Assembly (NCBI GenBank): GCA_963666515.2
Contig: OY762897.2
Span: 416,001-480,000 of the forward strand
DNA from: Candidatus Binatia bacterium
GTDB lineage: Bacteria; Desulfobacterota; Binatia; UBA9968; JAJDTQ01
Reading direction: 5' to 3'
Length of the DNA: 64,000 nucleotides
Shown: one piece after another, positions 1 to 7,373 of the stretch
How the letters are laid out: each line of letters starts with the position of its first letter
Position numbering within the stretch: the first letter of the stretch is position 1
Position numbers and translations under genes: made by a program
Notes under the pieces: model-generated
Database searches by the model: none
Told to the model about the DNA's origin: nothing
Seen by the model: only the letters and a program-made list of their open reading frames with translations

Positions 1-1
1 A

Positions 2-886
2 ATCTACGTGGATTATATCAAGGATGTGACTGAAGAAAACGGGGAATACATGTGGATGGCGCCATATGCTGCTAACAGCCTGCCTAAGCTGCCCTATGTC
101 GAACCCCGTGTTGTTGCTACCGTGGAAGCGTTGTGGCGCTTGGGGGTGGGAAGCAAGCACGGTCTGAACATCATTAGAGAAGAATCGCAGGACTTTGATC
201 CAGAATTGAACGGCAGTCTTCGTGACCGTGGACAGCGGATCGCGAAGACCTTGGACAGGATGGTCCAGGACACCGATGCTTGCAGGGTGCAGGGTGCAAG
301 GGCGGTGGTGATGGACAATTGGCCTTTCCCAATGTGGTCTCTCGATCTCTCGGAAGAGAGAAAGCAGAGAAACGAGAGGAAGGCCGATTTGGCGGAACTT
401 CGAAGGAAGAGGAGGAATCTTATAGCAGAGTTTGAGCAACTCGCGTCTGTCCGTGAACCGGCGCTCAAAGTGACGGCGAGCCTGGTAGACGAACTGGCTA
501 GCGCCTATGAGGCGGCAAAGAAGGAGAGGGACAGGCTTGAAGACGAGCAGGCCAGAGAAGAGGATGCTAAGCAGGAACGTGAGGGAGCCAAAAGGCGGAG
601 CAAACTGCGGATTCGAAGAATTCTGGCGTTTGAGCCTCCCTTGTTCATGGCGCTCAAGGAAAGGTTGCAGAAACTTACCGAGGAAGAGAGGGCTGATTTG
701 GTCGCCTTGGCATGGTTCACGCGAGACCGTGTAGCGAACTGGGCCACAGTGAGACGGCGGGCAGGAGAGAGGATACGAGACATGGAGTACACGTACCAGG
801 CAGGTCTGGGAAACACTTGGAGGGAGGGCTACCAACGATGGAAGAGTGTGCCGAAGAAGTTTAAGCCTGGCGAATCGCGAATGTGA
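2..886 (+). CDS. Hypothetical protein with coiled-coil region and C-terminal DUF3775-like domain, probably 5'-truncated by the window edge
   Basis: Frame is open from base 2. C-terminal LTEEERADLVALAWFTRD resembles the DUF3775 signature. Charged helical central region. Confidence 0.55.
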   Translation: MYVDYIKDVTEENGEYMWMAPYAANSLPKLPYVEPRVVATVEALWRLGVGSKHGLNIIREESQDFDPELNGSLRDRGQRIAKTLDRMVQDTDACRVQGARAVVMDNWPFPMWSLDLSEERKQRNERKADLAELRRKRRNLIAEFEQLASVREPALKVTASLVDELASAYEAAKKERDRLEDEQAREEDAKQEREGAKRRSKLRIRRILAFEPPLFMALKERLQKLTEEERADLVALAWFTRDRVANWATVRRRAGERIRDMEYTYQAGLGNTWREGYQRWKSVPKKFKPGESRM

Positions 887-901
887 GAATTGAGACGAGC
901 C

Positions 902-2113
902 ATGGCAACTGACACCGATCCCAGGACGATTACGCGCGTCGCCCTGCGCAACTACAAGAGCATCGCAGCCTGTGACGTGGAGTTGACGCCTCTGACTCTC
1001 CTCGTGGGTCCCAACGGTTCGGGGAAGAGCAATTTTGTTGATGCCCTGCGCTTTACCGCGCAGGCTTTGCGCTTTACCCCGGACCACGCACTGCACGAGC
1101 GAGGCGGGATCAACGAGGTTCGCCGGCGGTCGCGCGGTCATCCGAACCATTTCGGCATTCGTCTGGGGTTCCGGCTGGCCGATGCTGCCGGCTGGTACGC
1201 CTTCGAAATCGGCGCGCGGCCGAAAGGCCGCTATGTCGTGCGAGGTGAGGAATGCGTTGTCCTGTCCCATACTGAAGGGCGGGCGTTTTTCCGTATAGAT
1301 GACGGACGGCTGTTGTCCACCTCGATCCCGCATCCGCCGCCGACAGGCGGCAGTGACAGACTCTATCTCCTTCCCGCATCGGCGTATCCAGCGTTCAGGC
1401 CGATTTACGATACCCTGTCAGGGATGGGGTTCTACAACCTCAATCCGGAGCAGATCCGCGAGCTACAGTCGCCCGACCCCGGGGATCTCCTGGCTCATGA
1501 CGGAAGCAATATCGCGAGCGTCCTCGCCAACCTCAAGTCGCGCTCGCCCGAGACGGCGGCACGGGTTGGTCAGTACCTCTCGAAGGTTGTCCCAGGAACG
1601 GTGGGCATGGAGCCAAAGACGGTGGGACCCAAGCTGACCCTGGAGTTTCGTCAGGAGGTCCGCGGCGATCCCCACCCGTGGCGATTCCTTGCCCATAATG
1701 TGTCGGACGGCACGCTAAGGGTGCTGGGTGTGCTCGTGGCGCTCTACCAGGGTATCGACACGGAGTCGGTGAACGCCAAACTCGTCGGTATCGAAGAACC
1801 CGAGGGATCTCTTCATCCTGCCGCTACGGGAGTACTGACGGATGCTCTTCGGGAGGCAAGCGAAAGCATACAAGTCGTCGTGACGAGCCACAGCGCGGAC
1901 TTGCTGGACCGAGACACGATTCCGTCGGACTCCATCCTGGCTGTCGTCTCCGAGGACGGCGAGACGAAGATCGCCCGTCTTGATGCTGCGGGCCGCACCG
2001 CGCTGCGCGACGGGCTGTTCACGGCCGGGGAGATGCTTCGCATGAATCAACTTCTGCCCGATCCTGAGCAGGCGACGCCGGTGCAGTTGGATATCTTCCG
2101 CCCGGAGGAATGA
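902..2113 (+). CDS. ABC/OLD-type AAA ATPase (AAA_21/COG4637-like)
   Basis: LRNYKSI start, Walker A GPNGSGKS, signature VSDGT, Walker B/D-loop IEEPEGSLHP, H-loop TSHS. ATG at 902 preferred over TTG at 890. Confidence 0.9.
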   Translation: MATDTDPRTITRVALRNYKSIAACDVELTPLTLLVGPNGSGKSNFVDALRFTAQALRFTPDHALHERGGINEVRRRSRGHPNHFGIRLGFRLADAAGWYAFEIGARPKGRYVVRGEECVVLSHTEGRAFFRIDDGRLLSTSIPHPPPTGGSDRLYLLPASAYPAFRPIYDTLSGMGFYNLNPEQIRELQSPDPGDLLAHDGSNIASVLANLKSRSPETAARVGQYLSKVVPGTVGMEPKTVGPKLTLEFRQEVRGDPHPWRFLAHNVSDGTLRVLGVLVALYQGIDTESVNAKLVGIEEPEGSLHPAATGVLTDALREASESIQVVVTSHSADLLDRDTIPSDSILAVVSEDGETKIARLDAAGRTALRDGLFTAGEMLRMNQLLPDPEQATPVQLDIFRPEE

Positions 2114-2116
2114 TCC

Positions 2117-2692
2117 GTGAGGAGAATCGTCGCCATTGTTGAAGGGGATGGCGAGGTGGAGGCCGTACCCCTCCTTATTCGGCGGATCGCTTTGGAGGTA
2201 TCTCCACTTGTCCCGCCCGACGCTCCGAGGCCGATCCGGGTCCGTCGTCAGCGATTCGTCAAACCAGGGGAAGTCGAGCGCTACGTGAATCTAGCCGCGA
2301 TCCTCGGTGCTGCCGAGGGACGTATACTTGTAGTTCTCGACGCAAATGGTGATTGCCCGGCAGAGCTCGGGCCGAACGTCCTGCAACGTGCCCGCGCGGC
2401 GCGTTCCGACCGTCGCATCGAGGTGGTTGTCGCGAAATGCGAGTACGAGTCGTGGTTCATTGCTGCCGTGGATTCCTTGCAAGGAACACGGGGGATCTCC
2501 GCCGACGCGAAAGTCCCGGAAGACCCGGAATCCATCCGAGGCGCCAAGGAGTGGCTCCGCGACCGAATGAGCAGTCCATACAGTCCAACGGCTGACCAAG
2601 CGACGTTTACCGCTCGCTTCGACATGACCTTGGCCCGCCGCCGCTCGCCGTCGTTTGACAAGATGTGGCGCGCGGTCAGCACACTCTTGTAG
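2117..2692 (+). CDS. DUF4276 family (TOPRIM-like) putative nuclease, partner of the ATPase
   Basis: IVEGDGE, VLDANGDCP, EYESWF and SPSF motifs. Starts 3 bp after the ATPase stop. Confidence 0.8.
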   Translation: MRRIVAIVEGDGEVEAVPLLIRRIALEVSPLVPPDAPRPIRVRRQRFVKPGEVERYVNLAAILGAAEGRILVVLDANGDCPAELGPNVLQRARAARSDRRIEVVVAKCEYESWFIAAVDSLQGTRGISADAKVPEDPESIRGAKEWLRDRMSSPYSPTADQATFTARFDMTLARRRSPSFDKMWRAVSTLL

Positions 2693-2716
2693 CGCAGCAC
2701 TGCCGCGATCACACCG

Positions 2717-2890
2717 TCACGAATTCTCGTCATGCTGATCATGATCATTGAGATACGTCCATTCTCGCTGTTGTTTCGGAGCGTTTTCACCAATGCGCGT
2801 ACGATGTTCTCGGGAGTGTCGGGAATGGTGGGCGGTAAGGGTTGGGGAGCCAATCTTGTCACTCTTCGCCTTCCCTTCCGGGTCTACCAT
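2717..2890 (-). pseudogene. Small ORF (57 aa) with a frame-scrambled middle, possibly a mobile-element accessory gene relic
   Basis: Strong SD AGGAGGT before ATG 2890. An alternative frame reads IPDTPENIVRALVKT and the main frame ends PKQQREWTYL. Confidence 0.35.
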
Positions 2891-3105
2891 GGGTGTCACC
2901 TCCTGATTCTCTGTTGACACCAATCCTAACCATTTGTCTATAAGGGAAGCATCTGCGGAAGCTCAGCGGCGACCCTTGGGGTCTTGGATCATCATTCTCG
3001 ACGGCGTGGGAGCGATTCGCACAAATGGAGAATCTCATCTTATCGCGAAACCGGCCCACTTTCCTGGGTGAATTGATGAAATCGAACTGAGGAAAGGAGA
3101 AAGCC

Positions 3106-3423
3106 ATGAAGTATCTGGCCTTGATTCTGATCGTAGCGTTGACGGGGTGCGCCACCGCGCAGGTATCCAATACCGAGGCACCCCCAGCGCGTCGTGTCGT
3201 GGCGCAGGGATTCGCCGGCATCGTCTCTCTAACAGATGTCAAGGAGGCGGCGACCACCGCCATGAACATCACTTGCGAAGAAGGGAAGTGGATCGATCTC
3301 GGTGGTCAATCCGTCGGGGCAGCACTGGCGGTCAACCTTCCCGATATCTCGAAAATCGGCCAGTTCATCATCGCCCTTCCCAGGAACACGTACACGACAC
3401 TGTTCGCTTGTAGTGCAGAATGA
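3106..3423 (+). CDS. Hypothetical lipoprotein
   Basis: MK, hydrophobic stretch and lipobox LTGC. SD AAGGAG upstream. Confidence 0.75.
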   Translation: MKYLALILIVALTGCATAQVSNTEAPPARRVVAQGFAGIVSLTDVKEAATTAMNITCEEGKWIDLGGQSVGAALAVNLPDISKIGQFIIALPRNTYTTLFACSAE

Positions 3424-3435
3424 GAGGGTCCGATT

Positions 3436-4423
3436 TCATGCTCCACGCGCCAGCGCGTCGAGCTTCGCCCTTCTTGGGAGTCCGCCGCGTTCTTTCCCGC
3501 GATCGTCGATGTTGATCTCGATCAGATCAAGCGCGGCGCCGTTCCATGGCCGCGTGTGTTCGAAGGCGAGTCGGTGCGTACCAGGGGCGTTGAAACGGAC
3601 ATAGACCACGCGGGCTGAGGGTTTCCCGTAGACTCCGCCGGAGTGTGCCGCCTGCGATTCCCCGACGATCTCGGCATCCGTTCCGGCTTCGACAAGGCTC
3701 CAGGTGTAGCCGGCGGAAGCATGATCTTCCAGGTGCACAGCGAAGAGATCCTCCGGTTGGGCTTCAAGAAAGCAATCGGTGTCGCTCCTGGTCAGAGCCC
3801 ATACATCGGAACCGGAGTTCACCATCAGACCTTCGGGAGCTAGGGCACGTTTCAGGTCCGTCACCGGCCCCGCCTGAAGCTGCTCAGCTTCCGCGCGTCT
3901 GAGGACCTTGGCCGTCACCAGACTCCAGCACGCGGCTTGGTAGTTGATGCCGAGCCGAAGGGAGAGTTGGTAGATGATTTCGGGTTGACGCATTTCGTCC
4001 TTGTTCCAACCATGACGCTCGGCGCACTCGGTCACGAGATGCCCTGACGCCAGCAACTCGGAGGCAAAAGCGTCTGCGGCCACCTCTTCGACCGCTCGCG
4101 ACCTCGATGTGTGGCGTCCTTCGAAGCCAACGGTTTCGTCCAGGCTCGACTGGTGTCCGAGCAACAGGTGTCCAAGCTCATGCGCGAGCGTGAACCGCTG
4201 GGCTGCCAATCCCTGACGATTGTTGACGACGATCCCGCCCGTTCCACCGCCGGTGCTGATGAAAGCGCCCCAAAGACGATCCAGGGGCCGGAAAAACGAG
4301 CGGAATCCCCCGCTCGGTGATCGCTCCGACAACGTCGAAGCTAGTGCGGTTGCTTCTGGCGGATAAGGCGAGAATTTGGCCTGCTGCCCTGGCCGCTCTC
4401 CGAATCTCGTTGCGTCTGTTCAT
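3436..4423 (-). pseudogene. ImmA/IrrE (M78) metallopeptidase fused to a chagasin/I42-like inhibitor domain, frameshifted
   Basis: RFTLAHELGH and E-x-x-A-D-A-F-A motifs. C-terminal SAGYTW...PGTHRLAFEHTRPW. The N-terminus MNRRNEI...GIPLV lies in another frame and joins FRPLDRL at the A5 run 4292-4296. Confidence 0.7.
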
Positions 4424-4626
4424 CCGACTTCCTCTCTCTCGCCGGAACCAAGCGTCTCGGCCCGGCTGATGGTGGATCTCCCCGTCCTTGTCCCGCTTGC
4501 CGTGGCACCGTTTTCTTGACACGCTGGCCATGATGCGCGGGGATTTCACGTATCGTGGCGATGCTATTCTGTTCGATTCTTTTGCGGAAGAGTTCTTTAA
4601 GCAAATCCTGGGTGAATCGACTCACG

Positions 4627-5448
4627 ATGGAAAACAACCAGAAACTTGAGGACACCCTGCGCACCATAGTTTCCCGCTACGGCATGGAACGGGTCCAGGA
4701 TACGCTTCGTCAAATTAATGGACCCGTTCGAGTTCGTAGGAAGGAAAAGGAACTTTCGACTCGAGACATAGTGCACAGGGCGAACGGAGTTGGCCCACTA
4801 CGTCTCCGAAATCTGGCGCAGGCTTATGTGTCCAAACTAGAGTTGCCCGTTAGGGTCCATGGAGCCCTGGTGGAACTCGCACGGAAGTTCGACGACAAAA
4901 CTTTCTTGCCTACTTTCGGGGATATCAGGAATTTTTGTCGGTTTTATGGCATCGACCTGCCAGCATCGCCGTCCCGCGGATCGGCCATACCGCGGATTTT
5001 TAAGCATCTCTCGCAACTGTCACCAGTAGATCTGTGGACGATGCTTCGCACAGGCGCTTTTTCCGGCCCGTCGCAACTTGCACCCATTGCTGACGCCATT
5101 CGACGTAGATCCAGGAGGGAGGAGAAGGTGAAACGTGACCCGGAATTGTTGAGGTCGCTACTGTTCGAAATGGAGAATTCGGACGCCCATATTACGGTAG
5201 TGACTATGGATAGGAGTGCGGAGGAGTACCACCACTTTCAACTGCTGTGCGATGAAGGGCTTGTGGAGCAGACTGGTCAGGCTTCTTTTCGCCTGACGAG
5301 TTCCGGTCACGACTTCCTTGACGCCATTCGTGACGATTCTCGATGGCAGACGGTGATGGGCCACATCAAGCAAAATGGCGGCGATTGGACCTTGGGCATT
5401 CTCAAGGAGTTGGCTTCCCAGCTTCTCAGAGACACCTTGCTTCGCTGA
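4627..5448 (+). CDS. Hypothetical protein fused in frame to a C-terminal DUF2513 domain
   Basis: KRDPELLRSLL...LTSSGHDFLDAIRDDSRW is the DUF2513 pattern. An internal SD plus GTG sits at 5128. Confidence 0.7.
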   Translation: MENNQKLEDTLRTIVSRYGMERVQDTLRQINGPVRVRRKEKELSTRDIVHRANGVGPLRLRNLAQAYVSKLELPVRVHGALVELARKFDDKTFLPTFGDIRNFCRFYGIDLPASPSRGSAIPRIFKHLSQLSPVDLWTMLRTGAFSGPSQLAPIADAIRRRSRREEKVKRDPELLRSLLFEMENSDAHITVVTMDRSAEEYHHFQLLCDEGLVEQTGQASFRLTSSGHDFLDAIRDDSRWQTVMGHIKQNGGDWTLGILKELASQLLRDTLLR

Positions 5449-5473
5449 CACCTCAGGTAGGGAAGGTGCGTTC

Positions 5474-5659
5474 ATGCCGCGCAACACATCGGTTTCTCTC
5501 GGGGACCACTTCGTGGGTTTCATCAACGAGCGTGTTGAGTTGGAAGATCACGAACCCAAGGTTGAGGCCCTGCGGGAAGCCCTCATCGAAGGCGAGCAGT
5601 CCGGCCCGGCGACACCGTTTGACTTCGACGCGTTCGTCACCCGCAAGAAGTCCACTTAG
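5474..5659 (+). pseudogene. parD: ParD-family (RHH) antitoxin with an internal in-frame deletion, no ParE partner
   Basis: MPRNTSVSLGDHF and LREALIEGEQSG...FDFDAF are present. The usual SGRY.SASEVVRAGLRL segment is missing. Confidence 0.7.
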
Positions 5660-5734
5660 AGGCAGCGATCTGGGATCTGGTTATCGCTGGTCATGGCGCG
5701 AACGGTTTACGCCCAAGACGCCCAAGCGGGACTT

Positions 5735-5806
5735 TGAACCGCCCCGGGTTTCCTGGAGACGGAATAGTTTGAGTCAGGCCACCATGGCCGGCTCTTGGTA
5801 GCGTCG
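5735..5806 (-). mobile_element. Right-end relic of an IS3-family (IS51/IS629-like) element
   Basis: TGAACCGCCCCGGGTTTCCTGGAGAC at 5735-5760 matches the IS629/IS6110-type terminal IR. The minus strand ends RRYQEPAMVA* like an IS3 OrfB C-terminus. Confidence 0.75.
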
Positions 5807-5862
5807 CCACCACTTCCGCAGGGTTGGCCGCGAAACGCCACAGCGCCGCCTGGCGGGTAACG

Positions 5863-6060
5863 TCATCGGTTTGTGTAGGTGGCTTTCGGCTTCGGTTCGT
5901 CGACACGCGGTTCCACGTCCGGCCGACTAGTTCCGTAAGGTAGGCCGAGTCGATATTCTGAACGCTTCGCCGGAGGGGTCGTTGCAATGATTGCTTGGTT
6001 CTTCTCAAAGACCTCTCGGACGCCTGGGTTCTTTTCCAGGAGTTTGTCAATGTCTAGCAT
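5863..6060 (-). CDS. Small hypothetical protein downstream of the SDH protease
   Basis: ATG 3 bp after the protease stop. Protein-like composition. Confidence 0.6.
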   Translation of the reverse strand: MLDIDKLLEKNPGVREVFEKNQAIIATTPPAKRSEYRLGLPYGTSRPDVEPRVDEPKPKATYTNR

Positions 6061-6063
6061 CTT

Positions 6064-6948
6064 CTAACCCCCCCATCGGCGCCCATCGAAGATTTCTCGT
6101 GTTTGAACTACGCTCTCAAAGCCCATTTTGAGCGAATAGTCGAGCATGAGCGTATGATGATTTCTGACAGCAGTTCTCAGCACCCTATTTCGTCCGAAGT
6201 CGTCAATGTACAACTTAAGATCGCGACGGAGTCGTTGCATGTTGATTCCAATGCCGTGGGAGTTCCATTTCCCTATGTCGTTTAGTTTTTCCGCAATTTC
6301 GATAGCCCGCTTCTTCCTCATACTGTTAGTCACCGGGAGCTTTCGCGTTTTTGTAACGGTCCAATTTTTGAACTTGTACTTGGCCAACCACTCTTCCAGG
6401 AGAGCCAGCGATAAGGCCCGGGCCTGGCGATATGCGTAAAGTTCACCTTGGTCGAAACCGAGCAAGATTTGCAGTTCAGCAGCACCCGCCTCGCCACGAT
6501 TGGCTTTGTCTAACAACTCCTCATACCTCAGAAGGTATCCGAGCGCAGGCAAGAGTTGTCGGCCATCTCTGCTGGCCACTTGCGGATCAATCGGTCCAAG
6601 AACGGAATAATAGTCCATCAGGATCGCATTTCCCGACAAGGCCAAAATTGTACCCGCCGACATCGCGTGGCTGGGTATCAGAAAATCGACGTCCCTGTAG
6701 TGATGCCTCAGCGCATCGGAGATTCGGCGAGCCGTCTCAGCAAAGCCACCAGACGTCTCCAGAATGAAAACCAGCTTGCGCCGCCGCTTAGTGAGGCCTT
6801 CCACCGCATCTCGAATGCGATCATCCGCGCCAAAGGCAATATGTCCGTTATAGAAGAGACAGTCAGCGCTCAGTTCACTTTCGATTTCCAGGAGAATATC
6901 AGCCAGCCGCGCCTCTATGAGGGGGTTAGCTCCTTTTGGAGGGGCCAT
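6064..6948 (-). CDS. SDH family Clp-fold serine protease
   Basis: LETSGG, AMSAGT (catalytic Ser), LGPIDPQ and SHG motifs. Confidence 0.85.
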   Translation of the reverse strand: MAPPKGANPLIEARLADILLEIESELSADCLFYNGHIAFGADDRIRDAVEGLTKRRRKLVFILETSGGFAETARRISDALRHHYRDVDFLIPSHAMSAGTILALSGNAILMDYYSVLGPIDPQVASRDGRQLLPALGYLLRYEELLDKANRGEAGAAELQILLGFDQGELYAYRQARALSLALLEEWLAKYKFKNWTVTKTRKLPVTNSMRKKRAIEIAEKLNDIGKWNSHGIGINMQRLRRDLKLYIDDFGRNRVLRTAVRNHHTLMLDYSLKMGFESVVQTREIFDGRRWGG

Positions 6949-7092
6949 TGAACTGGCGTCGGGGAGCCTTTAACGCTTGATCCAGCGTTTCGCAGCCCCA
7001 TGCTTGGCTACCATTACCGCACATCCAACCACGTCACCGGACCTCTGCTGCTCTTGTGGTCCTTTCATGTGATTCCCCTCTCCGCTTGTGTA

Positions 7093-7131
7093 ACAGTGTA
7101 TCCGATGTGACACTGTGGGACAATGTCCCAC
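7093..7131. promoter_or_regulatory. Two overlapping inverted repeats (candidate operators)
   Basis: ACAGTGT-N10-ACACTGT (7093-7116) and GTGGGACA-A-TGTCCCAC (7115-7131) in the divergent intergenic region. Confidence 0.45.
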
Positions 7132-7339
7132 CATGGCCATGCTGAGTACCGTATGCCTGTTTCATTTGTCAAGCGTCCCTGCCCGTGGGCACCGCGGCCT
7201 CATGGGACCGAAGCGGTAGATCGTTTCTCCGTATCGGCGGCGATGCTCTCCCCGACTTTGGCGGCTGATGCCTACCCCCTAGCGTGGCCCGTACAAGAAA
7301 TGAAATTCAAACTGATCCCCTACCGGATTTTCACACCAA

Positions 7340-7367
7340 TTGACAACCGCAGACCATCCCGTACGTT
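7340..7367 (+). promoter_or_regulatory. Sigma70-like promoter of drmA, probably leaderless
   Basis: TTGACA-N16-TACGTT, with the ATG 6 nt after the -10 box and no SD. Confidence 0.5.
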
Positions 7368-7373
7368 CAAGGC

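Noticed and set aside
2914-2944. TTGACA...TATAAG promoter for the lipoprotein gene
   Set aside because: The spacer is 19 bp, too long to call with confidence.
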